This document shows, in pieces, positions 1-13,269 of a DNA stretch of 64,000 nucleotides (position 1 is its first letter; every line of letters begins with the position of its first letter). A program made the translations under genes and the position numbers. Source of the DNA: Phyllobates terribilis (taxonomy: Eukaryota); contig NW_027363790.1 of NCBI RefSeq assembly GCF_046119375.1, forward strand, positions 310,001-374,000, read 5' to 3'. The notes beneath the pieces are model-generated. The model searched no databases. It was given only the letters and a program-made list of their open reading frames with translations, and was not told the DNA's origin.

Positions 1-39
1 TGAACCTGCGCCTACCCAAGAGCTGATGCGTCACAGCAT

Positions 40-165
40 GTACAAGGGGTACGGAACGGAGCCATGCGTGTATGAGGTGTGCGTAGCTGTGCGTGTACAA
101 GGCGTATGTAGCAGAGCCTTGTGTGTACGAGGTGTACGGAGCGAAGCTGTGTGTTTACGAGGCGT
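40..165. repeat. Degenerate copies of the 30-bp GTGTACGAGGTGTACGGAGC repeat
   Basis: tgtgtacgaggtgtacggagcgaagctgtgtgtttacgaggcgtac matches the unit of the array at ~59140-60175. Confidence 0.75.
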
Positions 166-537
166 ACTTTATACTCCATTTAAAGTCTGGCAGTTGTGTG
201 TTGTTCCAAACTATTCACATTTGGTCGCTGACCAATACCATACTACAAGGCCAGTACCCAAAACCGTGGTTGTCATATGTATCAGATATTACTGCAATAC
301 TAGTCCAGAAATTTTTAGGGAACGTGTCAAATATTCCCTCACCTACTGTACTCACCCATCCCTTGTAGATTGTGAGCCCTTGCCGGCAGGGTTCTTTCTC
401 CTCCTGTGCCAGTCGGTGACTCTTGTTTGTTCAAATTATTGTACTCGTTGTTTGCTATGTATACCCTTTTTCACATGTAAAGCGCCATGGAATTAGTGGC
501 ACTATAATAATAAATAATAATAATAATTATACTCCGT

Positions 538-1400
538 TTAACCCCTTAAGGACCGAGCAACTTTGTAGATTATTGACCAGGCCAATTTTTTTCAATTCTG
601 ACCATTGTTTATGAGGTAATAACTCTGGAATGCTTCAACGGATGCCCCTGATTCTGAGAATGTTTTTTCGTGACATATTGGACTTCATGACAGTGGTAAA
701 ATTTCTTCGACATGATTTCAGTTGATTTGTGAAAAAAAAATGGAAATTTGGCAAAAAAGAAACTCTCCATAAGTGATACCATTTTTATCCAGGGGTATAG
801 TGAGCATTTTGAATCCACAGGTACTGCACACAATGTGATATTAGATCGTCATCTAGAAATATTTCAATTTTTTCACAAAAATGTTTTGTTAGCCCCAATT
901 TTTACACTTTTGCAAGAGGTAACATGAAAAAAATGGACCACTCAGTTTGTTACCCACTTTCTTCTGAGTGTGGCAATACTCCACATGTGGTCAAAACACA
1001 CTGTTTGGACAAACGGCAGGGCTGCAAACGGAAGAAGCACTATTTGAATTTTAGAACACAAATTTGGCTGAAATAGAGGTCTTTACATGCCAAAACAGCA
1101 AAGACTCCACAATTGACCCCATTTTCTAAACTGCACCACCTTATGAATTCATTGGATATAATAAGTGTTTTGAACCCACATTTTGTTAAAGGATTTACTT
1201 CAAAAACTGTGAAAAAAATATATATATTTTTTTTTCACAAAGTGTAATTTTTTAGGACAAATTTTCAATACATAGTAGTGAGAGGTGAGAAAGTAGACTC
1301 CAAAATTCATATTCCTCTTGTGCTCAAACGTAATCCCATTAGCATAGTTTGACTGAATGATCGGACCCAAAAGGGATGGAGCACCCAGTCTTTTTAGGTC
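538..1400. mobile_element. Terminal fragment of TTAA/CCCC (piggyBac-like) long-TIR non-autonomous element
   Basis: TTAA-CCCCTT at 538-547; following sequence aligns by eye to 25791-26010 and to internal parts (26955-27010) of the element at 25791-29700; right boundary approximate. Confidence 0.7.
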
Positions 1401-1415
1401 ATAAATTCATATAAA

Positions 1416-2807
<1,392 letters not shown>

Positions 2808-3079
2808 TATGGGGTACAATGTCCCCAGCATCACATTTGCCAGTAAATATGACTATACTCACAGAGCATACCACAGTTATTTCATTAGTGCTGGAAAAAA
2901 TTGCATTGAAATGAAAGGCAACATGTTTCAAAATGAAGGAGTGTAACAATGTTACACGTGAGCACGTTCACTGTATAGAAGAACATCCAGGGCTACTGCC
3001 ACTCTCGTAACAAAAGGGACTAGTTGTACATCAATCCCTATATGAGGGACGGATGTGCCATGTGATGCTGACACACTAA

Positions 3080-3400
3080 AGTTAAGTGCACACGTAGCAT
3101 TTTTAATGCGTTTTTACTGCGTTTTTTTAGTGCGAAAATGCATCAAAAACACTCTGACAGCAATTGCAATGGTAATCCTGATATGCTGTGCACATGATGC
3201 GGAAATATCCACTCAGGATTACCATTGCGTAAAAAAACGCAGCATGACCATTATGCCTAGAGTTTCCGAATCATTTTGCGCCCATTGACTTTAATTGAAA
3301 CGCAGCAAATCCGCACGTATGCAATTTATACTGGCGGATTTGCTGCGTTTCAATTAAAGCCAATGGGCGGAAAATGCTCCGGAAACGCGCTGCGAGTGGT
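3080..3400. mobile_element. Fragment of GGCT..GTGCCCACG Harbinger-type MITE family
   Basis: gtgcacacgtagc start and ATCCGC/GCGGA-rich body resemble complete copies at 50146 and 60738; boundaries approximate. Confidence 0.5.
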
Positions 3401-3965
3401 ACCCAGGTTGGCTGGGGAGGACTACTACTCCTCTCATCCGACCGCCGTTCAGGCTCATAACAGTGTCAGCGGTGCAGCTGAGAAGAGCAGTAGTTCTCCT
3501 CAGCCGAGCGGGGAACCACCAGCAGTTAAAAAAAAGAAGAAAAAAAACACTATACTCACCTGTCCGGTGCCCCCGATGTCCTCCCAATGCCCCCCAGCGA
3601 CGTTCTCCTCCCGGCGGCTGGGGGTACACTGCAGGGAGCGTGCTCTCAAGAATGTCCCCATGGTGGTGAGCTCACTGGGGCTGATCAGCTGATCTTCAGC
3701 TAATGAACCCCAGTGACCTCCTGCAGCAGCAATGTACACTGACAGGAGTGATTTTACACCCTGTCAGTATACATTGCTGTCTTCTACAGCAGTGACATCA
3801 GTGATTGGTGATGTCACTGCTGTAGAAGTAAATAAACTATCGCACCCCTGGTATAGGTTGGTGCACGGGTAAGGTACCAAGCCAAATATCAATATATAAC
3901 AAAGCTCGGCACTCGAAGACTCAAATATTTTTACTTGATTTTAATTAAGTAAATTACAGTACAAA

Positions 3966-4005
3966 ACACAAACGTTTCGGTCGCATATGACCTTCATCAG
4001 TGTAC
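3966..4005 (-). ncRNA. Minimal type I hammerhead ribozyme motif in a Penelope-like terminal-repeat fragment (~3840-4010)
   Basis: Minus strand: taca-CTGATGA-a-GGTC-atatgc-GACC-GAAAC-GT-T-tgtg; core CUGAUGA and GAAA, 4-bp stem II, palindromic ACGU stem III, GUU triplet, short stem I. Confidence 0.65.
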
Positions 4006-4043
4006 AGTACTCAGTTTCTTGTCGTGTTGGTGCACTGTGTTGG

Positions 4044-4871
4044 CCATTGTTGCTATAGTTGTGTGCTTGTGGGGCGGCGTGGCCTGGAGTCATGGGGACT
4101 CGGTCTTGCAGTATGTGTGCTGTGAGGCACCAGGCCGCCCATCCTGCTGGTGCATGGTCGCTGTGGCGGTGGTTGGCACACGGCTCCGCTCCCGTTCAGG
4201 CAGGAAATGTTAGGACTCACTACAAGGTTTGCCGTGACGTGGCAGTGGGCTTCATACAGTCTGATCAGAATGTTAAACTAAGAACCTCATGTTCAGTTTT
4301 ATATATTTTTGCCGAGAGGCATTAGATCAAAGTATATTTTTGGAGGTGCTGTCCATTCTCTTTTTTTGGCTCAGTGCATGATGTCCTTTTTTTTCGGATG
4401 TGCACTCCTCCCATTTGGCACAGGAGATTTTAATTAGCAGGAGACTGCAAAGAGGGTCTAGCCTATTTTTGCTCTCACTTGAGAGCTTGTGGAAGGTGAG
4501 TCACAATGCTCCTTTCATATGGTGCTAGTGCAGTGTGTCGTCCATTGTTGCTGTGGCTTTGTGCTCGTGGGGCGGCGCGGCCTGGAGTCATGGGGACTCG
4601 GTCTTGCAGTATGGGTGCTGTGAGGCACCAGGCCGCCCGCCCTGCTGGTGCATGGTCGCTGTGGCTGTTGTTGGCACACGGCTCCACTCCCGTTCAGGCA
4701 GGAAATATTAGGACCCACTACGAGGTTTGACGTGACGTGGCAGTGGGCTTCATACAGTCTGATCAGAATGTTAAACTAAGAACCTCATGTTCAGCTTTAT
4801 ATATTTTTGCCGAGAGGCATTAGATCAACGTATGTTTTTGGAGGTGCTGTCCATTCTCTTTTTTTGGCTCA
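4044..4871. repeat. Diverged direct duplication, ~330-bp homology, period ~498 bp
   Basis: 4044-4373 matches 4542-4871. Confidence 0.85.
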
Positions 4872-5249
4872 TTAACTTTTTCATTTTTTTTTTTTTGTAC
4901 TCCAATTTATTAATGGGTGATGAAGAAATAAAAAGTGAATTGAGGGAAAATGACAGAAGGTGGCAAGGGTAAAAACAAAAAAAATAAATCCACTTATTCT
5001 AGGGATGTTTGATAGCGAAGGAAATATTCCCTAATGCAGAGGCCAGGCTGATCAGGACAAGTGTCACACTGGTAAATGGTTTCCCTTTTAACTCCATCTT
5101 TATAAACACACCCTGCATCTCTTTTTAAGTCGGCCTTATTTGGTTGTTGGTGGCACTTGTGAGGGAAAATGCTGACTGGGAATTATTCTGCTGGCCTCGC
5201 TAGATGTTTCTCCCCCCAGCCTCCCTTGGTCTCGAACTATCAAATGTTT

Positions 5250-6279
5250 TCTCACTTTTTCCTGGAACTCAAGATAAGATCCTTTGTTCCCAGTTTTTCC
5301 TTATAGTACAAAAGAATTACAGTATATAAAGCCACTTGGACAAGGTGTACCACAAGTTTTTTTTTACCATACGGGAGATTTGTGAACAGCCCTGTAGAGC
5401 TGCAGCATCTGGTCCACAAGGTCCACACCACCCATGAACTTATTGTAGTCCTGTATGCAGACGGGCTTCCGGATAGTATAACTTGTCCCGCGTACAGAGA
5501 CAGGGCTGCTTCTGTCAGCATGTATTGATAACAGCATGAGGAAATCTTTTTTAACATGAAATTTGACAAGCAGCATGTCCTCATTACAGAGTGCCTTAAT
5601 TTAATTTGCCTTTAATTTTTGGGTGACAAGAGTCTTGGGCAACGCTCTTTGGTTCCGGCGTAAGGTTCCACAAGCCACTTTTTTTGGCAGACCGGCACCT
5701 GAACAGGGGTACACTTGTATAGTAGTTATCTACATACAAGTTGTAGCCCTTATCTAAAAGGGGATGGACCAGGTGCCAGACAATTTTCCCAGCTACGTTT
5801 AGGGGGGAAGGCATTCGAGAGGAACAATCTGGGTGTCTTTTCCCTCATACACCCAGAATTTGTATGTGTAGCCATTGTCGCTTTCACACAGCTTTTATAT
5901 TTTCAGTCTGAATCGGGACCTTTTATTCGGCAAGTACTTCTTGAAATGCAGCCTGCCCTTGAAAAGGACCAGAGACTCATCCATAAAGATATTTTTTTCG
6001 GAGGCATATGTCTGGGAAAATTTATTGCTAACGTAATTCATCAGGGGCCTGATTTTGTAAAGTCATAGCTGGAGTCATTGAGAGGGGGGCAATTTGCGTT
6101 TTATGCGAAATGTAGAAATCACAGAATGTTCTCAAGTCGTCGCCGGGCCATTACCTCTCTGCACATAGGGGTTTCGTACAGGACATCAGTTGACCAATAT
6201 GATCTGATGATGGTTTTTTTTATCAGACCCATATTGAGAAGAAGGCCAAAAATTGTTAAAATATCCGCCACATCAACAG
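5250..6279 (-). pseudogene. piggyBac (PGBD4-like) transposase pseudogene, 5' truncated
   Basis: Fragments LLLNMGLIKK..SYWSTD, MDESL, GYNLYVDNYYTSVPLF, DYNKFMGGVDLVDQML (three catalytic Asp contexts); many frameshifts; cut at 6280 by a hAT terminus. Confidence 0.85.
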
Positions 6280-6825
6280 TAGGCATGAGCGAACATTTCA
6301 ATGTTTGGTTAGGAAAAGTTCGCTGAACAAATTGATATTCGCCAAATTTATTCACTGAATGTTTGTCGAACATTTCCGAATCCCATAGGAGTCAATGGGG
6401 GGGGGACCAAAAAAATGCATATACAACACCTAGAAACAGGACCAAAAAGCTGCCAAAACACATCAAATTAGTTGTAAAAACCAGGGAAGTGCCATCAATT
6501 GACCCAGAGTATAAGTACTATAATTATTATTACTGTGACAGCGACATTTATTCAGTTGCGCTTTACATGTTAAAAGGGGTCACCGACTGGTACAACAGGA
6601 GAGAGGACCCCGCCTGCGAGGTCGCACTGTCACGGATGTGGTTTGTAGAACCACTGTGCCACGGACCCCAGAGAGCTTGGAGGGGTGTTACCAAGCGAGC
6701 GCCAGACTGTTCACTAGAGCATCTGATGGTGAGGTTAGACTTGGCTCCCGATGAACGCCAGGTGCCACTTCAGGACAGACCAACGGACACGCAGCAGCTG
6801 GATCCAATAGGACAGACTAGATGGT

Positions 6826-6987
6826 GCAGCAGGCAGAGTCTGTATGAGGAGCGCAGCAGGCAGAGTCTGTATGAGGAGCGCAGCAGGCAGAGTCTGTATG
6901 AGGAGCGCAGCAGGCAGAGTCTGTATGAGGAGCGCAGCAGGCAGAGTCTGTATGAGGAGCGCAGCAGGCAGAGTCTGTATGAGGAGC
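6826..6987. repeat. 27-bp tandem repeat x6 (GCAGCAGGCAGAGTCTGTATGAGGAGC)
   Basis: Six identical units read directly. Confidence 0.95.
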
Positions 6988-7191
6988 GCAGCAAGGACTG
7001 GTACGCAACCTTACACAACTTAGACTGCAGAACAGGAAGGTTCCACTACAACCAGCCCAGTAGATGGAGACCCAATCAGGATTCCCCAGATTTAAAAAAA
7101 TTAGTGGCAGATGCCAGCAAAGTGGCATCAATTTCACTACTGTAGAAATAGTGTAAATAAGACCCACACCTCTTCCAGTACAGCCAACCAC

Positions 7192-7620
7192 TGTTATGAT
7201 CTGCTACAAGCGCTAAGGAAAGACAGGAGATCTGTCCCTACATTAGAACTACGCTAGATCCCTACGATGTAACGGGGAACCTGATCCTGCGATCAGACCC
7301 GCTAAAGTCCTCAGCTAGTCTGAACGAAGACCTATAGATGTGAGGGAGGGATCCCTACAAGAACTAGGGACTGGGAGAAAGATGGACACCTCCTAGCAGA
7401 AATTGTAGCAGTAAAAAGACAAACAAACAACATAGAACATAGAGGTCAAAAGACCAAGCTAAACTGACAGAGAAAGGTAACTAAGCACCTGGCTAGCTTA
7501 AGAGTAGAAATTGAAATTACAATGAAGTCCAGCAAGGCCCGAAGGGCGGAGCAGGCTTAAATAGGCAAAAAGGTCATGTGACCAGCAAAATAGAAAAAAC
7601 CTAACAGGAGAGTTCTAACA
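7192..7620 (-). repeat. 3' LTR (429 bp); polypurine tract adjacent at 7621-7634
   Basis: TGTTATG..TAACA; AGAAGAGGGGGTAC on minus strand immediately upstream. Confidence 0.95.
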
Positions 7621-10600
7621 GTACCCCCTCTTCTATGAGGATCCCAGGCTTATCAGGAAACCTCTTGTGAAACGCTCTGACAAGTCTGGAAGCAGAAACA
7701 TCATCCGCCCTCATCCATGAGTTATACTCTGGACCGAAACCCTTCCAAGCGACGAGATACTGCAAACTCCCCCTATACCGTCTAGAATTAAGGATGCGGG
7801 AAATCTCATATTCCCCGTCCTCCACCACCGGAGGAACAGTGGCAGTGGCGTCTCTATCTGATACATCAGCTTTTTTCAAAAGAGAAACATGAAACACCGG
7901 ATTAATCTTCCAGGAGGTGGGAACCTCCAACCTAACAGCAGATTGGTTAACTACCTGAAGCACCTTAAAGGGCCCTACAAACTTGGGACCCAATTTTTTA
8001 GAAGGAATCCTCAACCGCAGATTCTTAGAGGACAACCAAACCATGTCACCAACCGTAAACAAAACCTCTTGACGTTTCCTGTCAAAGTACCTCTTAGATT
8101 TTTTGTTAGCCTCCTGAAGATTACCACGCACATCCGTCCAAACTCTCTCCAAATCACCGGAAAAACTCTCCTCCTCAGGCACAGCCGATACCAATTTGAA
8201 GAATGACCCAAAAGACGGATGTCTCCCAGAACAACAAAAAAAAGGCGAACATCCAGCAGAAGAGGATGTATGGTTGTTAAGAGCAAATTCAGCAAGCGGC
8301 AGAAACTCAGACCACCCCTCGATTGTCTGCCACAAAACAACGCAAGAACTGCTCAACATCCTGATTCTTCCTTTCTGTCTGGCCATTAGACTCAGGATGA
8401 TATCCAGATGAAAACGACAACTGAACTCCCAAACCTGTCACAAAAGGCACGCCAAAAACGAGCCACGAACTGAGGTCCCCTATCAGAAACAATGTCAGTA
8501 GGAACATCATGGAGTCTGACAATTTCCTTAACAAAAGCCTTAGCGAGTGTCTTAGCGCAGGGCAGTTTGATGAAGGGAACCAAGTGATACATCTTGCTAA
8601 AAAGGTCCACAACCACCCAGATGACCGTGAAACCCTTAGAGGAGGGAAGGTCAGTAATAAAGTCCATAGCCAGATGTGTCCAAGGTGCACTAGGAACCTC
8701 CAGAGGGCAAAGCAACCCCGCAGCAGGAGTATGAGAAGACTTAGATCTAGCAAACACAGTACATTGACGCACCCACTTGATGACTTCCTTCTGCCATCCA
8801 GGCCACCAAAAACTGCGACCCATAAGTCTCTTGGTCTCAGAAATTCCTGGATGACCTGCCAACCGAGACTCATGACACTCAACAAACAAATCTCTCCTAA
8901 AGGTCCTAGGCACAAACAACCTCCCATGGGGAGTGTTAGATGGGGCATTCTCCTGTGCTTTAAGAATCTCATCTTCCAAAACGGAGTCCAATGCAGCAAT
9001 CACAACACCTTCTTGTAAAATGCTTCCTCCTCCTCAGCACCGACCATGGGAGAAAAGCTGCGAGACAAAGCATCAGCTTTAACATTCTTGGTACCCGGGA
9101 TGTAAGTAACGGAAAAATTAAACTGCGAAAAAAAAAGTGCCCACCTAGCCTGACGGGCATTCAAGCGCTTGGCAGCATCAAGATAGATCAGATTTTTATG
9201 ATCAGTGAAAACCTGAATGGGAAATTCAGCACCTTCCAAGAGATGACGCCAGTGTTCAAATGCGAGTTTAATAGCCAGCAATTCCCGATTACCAATATCG
9301 TAATTAAGTTCAGTCTCAGAAAAATTTTTTGAAAAAAAGGCACAGGGATGTACTCCATCCTTGATTTCCTGAGACAACACCGCACCGACCCCCACAGAAG
9401 AAGCATCAACCTCAACCAAAAACGGCTTAGTCACATCAGGCTGCATAAGGATGGGGGGAGAGCTGAACCTCTCCTTTAGAAACACAAAAGCTTCAATGGC
9501 CTCAGTAGTCCACTGAACCGTATTAGCACCTTTCCTGGTGAGATCGGTCAGTGGTTTAACAATAATAGAAAATTTTTTAATGAATTTTCTGTAATAATTG
9601 GCGAAACCCAAAAACCTCTGTATCGATTTCAAACCAATAGGCGTAGGCCATTCCTGCACAGCTTGAACTTTCACCGGGTCCATTTCAAAACCCTCGCTGG
9701 AGATAATGTATCCCAAAAAACTAATTCTCTGTACAGCGAACTCGCATTTCTCTAGCTTAGCAAAAAGCGAATTGTCAATTAATAACTGTAATACCTCACA
9801 TACGCTCCGCCAATGACACTCCAGATCAGGCGAATAAATCAAAATGTCATCCAAATACACAAACACATTTTTGCCAATCAATGGTCTAAGGATGTCATTA
9901 ATAAGATTCTGAAAAAATGCTGGTGCATTGGTAAGACCAAAAGGCATAACCAGATTCTCAAAATGACCCACAGGAGTGTTAAAAGCAGTCTTCCATTCAT
10001 CACCCTCCTTCATGCGCAACAAATTGTATGCCCCCCGGAGATCAATTTTAGAGAACCACTTGGCCCCCACTAACTGGTTAAACAAATCAGGAATCAATGG
10101 CAGTGGGTAGGGATTGCGTACAGTAATTTTATTAATCTCGCGAAAGTCCAGACAGGGACGTAAACCGCCGTCCTTTTTTTTTAACAAAAAAAAATCCAAC
10201 AGCCACAGGTGACTTAGAGGGTCTGATATGACCGGCGGCCAAGCTTGTCTGTATGTATTCCTCCAAAGCCTTTCTCTCAGGAATAGTAAGATTAAATAAA
10301 CGACTTTTAGGAAGAGTCGCTCCAGGGACAAATTCAATGGTACAATCATAGTCTCTATGGGGAGGCAAAATTTGCGACTCCTCCTCAGAAAAAACTTTCC
10401 AAAAATCCTGAATAGGTACAGGTAATTCCCCTTTATCCACAGCAGCAATGCGCCCGTTACAACACTTGTCTTAACACTTAGGGCTCCAGGACTTAATTTC
10501 ATTAGTAGACCAATCCAGTACAGGATTGTGCAATTTTAACCAGGGTAACCCCAAAACTACTGGAGAAGGCAAATTATTTAATACCACCAAATCCAAATTT

Positions 10601-10880
10601 TCTTGGTGAATACCATTAACAGTGAGGGGAAATTAATAAACCTTGTGAGTAACACAGTTCAAGGGAGAGCCATCGACAGAAACCACGGCAATAGGGGATG
10701 AGAAAGGTTTGGGTTTTAATTTAAGTTTTTCCAAGAATCCCCCATCAATCACATTCAGAGTAGAACCACAATCCACAAATACCCGAAATTCAATTAATTC
10801 TTCTTGAGCTGCAGTAGTAGCAGAAAGAAATACCCCCTTAGTGTTTAAACAGGCTATACGGGAGTAACTGACCTTTTTTT
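7601..10880 (-). pseudogene. pol: pol: protease, reverse transcriptase, RNase H, integrase, chromodomain (fragmented)
   Basis: VFVDCGS protease motif; YLDD; [16 protein letters not shown]; [17 protein letters not shown] (DDE); GPKFVGPF; YEISRIL..YLVAWKGFGPEYNSW chromodomain; split across several ORFs. Confidence 0.93.
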
Positions 10881-10885
10881 TTTTC

Positions 10886-11683
10886 TTAGTTCATACGAAG
10901 CACACAGTTCTTAATGAAATGGTCAGATTTTCCGCAATAACAGCACAAACCTTCAGAAAACCTGCGGTCTTTTTCCTGAGAGCGGGGTGACATCGCCCCA
11001 ATCTCCATCGGCTCTCCAATGTCAGTACAGACCCTCTCAAGACTCGGAGCTGACATGGCAAAGGATTTACTCTCATTAACCCTTGCACGCAGTCTCCTGT
11101 CCACCCGTATAGCTAATTGCATAGCCTTCTGCAAGTTTCCAGGTGTAGGATAAGCAATCAGCAGATCCTTAAACCTTTCACCTAGCCCAGCAAGAAACAA
11201 ACTTTTCAAAGCTGAATCGTTCCACCCCACCTGAGCAGACCACCGACGGAAGTGAGTACAATAATTTTCCACATTACCTGATCCCTGCCTCAAAAATCTC
11301 AATTCCATCTCAGCTGATGAGACATGATCAGGATCATCATACAACAACCCCAAAGCAGAAAAAAAACTATCCACTGATCTAAAGCATGGATCACTAGGTT
11401 GGAGAGAAAAGGCCCATCCCTGAGGTTCTTTGCGCAAAAGAGACATTATGAACCCTATGCGCTGTGATTCATCACCAGAGGATCTGGGTCTCAAACGAAA
11501 ATACAATAAACAAGCATTTTTAAAGGAAAAAAAATCTTGCTGTTCACCAAAAAATAAATCCGGCAATCGTACCTTTGGCTCCACAAAATGCGCTCCAGAA
11601 CAGCTACTCACATGTTGTTGGAGCTCGGCCACCTCCAGAGAGAGTCCCTGCAGGCGTTGAGCCAAATCCTGAACCGACACCAT
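10886..11683 (-). CDS. gag: Retrotransposon Gag with CCHC zinc knuckle (265 aa)
   Basis: Open ORF just 3' of PBS; retrotransposon gag core; CCYCGKSDHFIKNC knuckle. Confidence 0.9.
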   Translation of the reverse strand: MVSVQDLAQRLQGLSLEVAELQQHVSSCSGAHFVEPKVRLPDLFFGEQQDFFSFKNACLLYFRLRPRSSGDESQRIGFIMSLLRKEPQGWAFSLQPSDPCFRSVDSFFSALGLLYDDPDHVSSAEMELRFLRQGSGNVENYCTHFRRWSAQVGWNDSALKSLFLAGLGERFKDLLIAYPTPGNLQKAMQLAIRVDRRLRARVNESKSFAMSAPSLERVCTDIGEPMEIGAMSPRSQEKDRRFSEGLCCYCGKSDHFIKNCVLRMN

Positions 11684-11721
11684 GATGGAAACTGGAGGTC
11701 TTTCCTTAGAGATATTTTTGG

Positions 11722-11730
11722 GCTGGACTT
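11722..11730 (-). other. Candidate self-priming primer-binding site (AAGTCCAGC)
   Basis: Begins 2 nt 3' of the 5' LTR, not a TGG tRNA-type site; perfectly complementary to GCTGGACTT in the LTR (12068-12060) ~25 nt downstream of TATTTAA. Confidence 0.75.
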
Positions 11731-11732
11731 AC

Positions 11733-12155
11733 TGTTATGATTTGCTACAAGCACTAAGGAAAGACAGGAGATCTGTCCCTACAATAGAACTACGCTAGAT
11801 CCCTACGATGTAACGGGGAACCTGATCCTGCGATCAGACCCGCTAAAGTCCTCAGCTAGTCTGAACGAAGACCTATAGATGTGAGGGAGGGATCCCTACA
11901 AGAACTAGGGACTGGGAGAAAGATGGACACCTCCTAGCAGAAATTGTAGCAGTAAAAAGACAAACAAACAACATAGAACATAGAGGTCAAAAGACCAAGC
12001 TAAACTGACAGAGAAAGGTAACTAAGCACCTGGCTAGCTTAAGAGTAGAAATTACAATGAAGTCCAGCAAGGCCAGAAGGGCGGAGCAGGATTAAATAGG
12101 CAAAAAGGTCATGTGACCAGCAAAATAGAAAAAAACTAACAGGAGAGTTCTAACA
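11733..12155 (-). repeat. 5' LTR (423 bp)
   Basis: Matches 7192-7620 with about 6 substitutions and one 6-bp indel by eye. Confidence 0.95.
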
Positions 12156-12304
12156 ACCACGGAGATGAAGACCTAACCAGGAGTGTTCACATTACCCTAA
12201 ATGAGGGCCTAACACCACCGAAGTGGCAAAAATATCATCAGACTACAAGTAGTTTAACGCAGACCCATACTTGTCCCACTACAGCCAACCCAGGAGATGC
12301 AGAC

Positions 12305-12740
12305 TCAATCGGAAGTATTTACATTTAAAAAAATAGGGCCTAAGACCACCATTTCCGTGGCCAACAGATTGGAGATGGTGGAGTTCAAACTCTTAGCTTT
12401 GTCATGTGTAGGATGAAACAATCTCTTACGTGACCACAACAGCGGGATTGAGGGCTGGCTGCAGTGCTGAGAGAGGGCAGAGTACTGTGAAACGGACAAA
12501 CCGATAGACCGTGAGTGAGGTGCGGGCGGAGATGTTACATTGGATTGAGAAGCGTGTGGTGTGCTCAGGGAAACAAACACAACAGGCATGTCCACTTCAC
12601 TTACAGCTGACGGGCTGTCACTCAGCCTAACTGCAGCGGGTATACAGCTGGTTCTGTCGGATACCTGCGTGACACAACTTGGCACGGTAACAGAGAAGGA
12701 GGAAGAAGCAGCAGAGGTGTTTGATGGGGCGGCTGATGGT
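12305..12740 (-). pseudogene. Second, diverged fragment of hAT transposase linker region
   Basis: QQPSAAPSNTS..LWSRKRLFHPTHDKAKSLNSTI paralogous to 15067-15780. Confidence 0.8.
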
Positions 12741-13269
12741 TGTTTATTGAAAATCAATTTAGAGTTTATCATGTTTGTGTACCCATTTGAGGAGAATAAT
12801 ATCTGCACCAAATGCTCAACTTCACTACAGTATAACTATAGAAATGCATGGAGACCAAAACCTCTTCCACTACAGTCAACCCAATGGATAGAGACCCATT
12901 CAGGATTCCCCACATTTCCAAAAATTAGCTGCAGACGCCAGCAAAGTCTAATCAATTTCACTACAGTAGAAACAGTGTAAATGAGACCCACATCTCATCC
13001 AGTACAAACAACCCAAGAGATGGAGACTTAACCAGGAGTGTTCACATTGCCCTAAATGAGGGCCTAACACCACTGAAGTGGCATCAATTTCACTAGAGTA
13101 TAAGTATTGCAAAGGAGGCCTAATCAGTTCCACTACAGCCAACCCAATAGATGGAGACCCAATCAGGATTCCCCACATTTAAAAAAAATTGTGGCAGACG
13201 CCAGCAAAGTGGCATCAATTTCACTACTGTACAAATAGTGTAAATAAGACCTACACCTCTTCCAGTACA

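Larger units (their letters stand above)
7192..12155 (-). mobile_element. Full-length Ty3/gypsy chromovirus LTR retrotransposon (Tf1/sushi-like), frameshifted
   Basis: Two TG..CA LTRs, 5-bp TSD ACCAC (7187-7191 / 12156-12160), gag-PR-RT-RH-IN-chromodomain order. Confidence 0.97.

Noticed and set aside
6363-7145. 260-aa ORF with SRQSLYEER repeats
   Set aside because: Runs across unrelated repeat segments and a 27-bp array; no domain or splice support
7192-12155. Autonomous, active retrotransposon
   Set aside because: pol is broken by several frameshifts and stops, and an integrase zinc-binding Cys is replaced; only gag is intact
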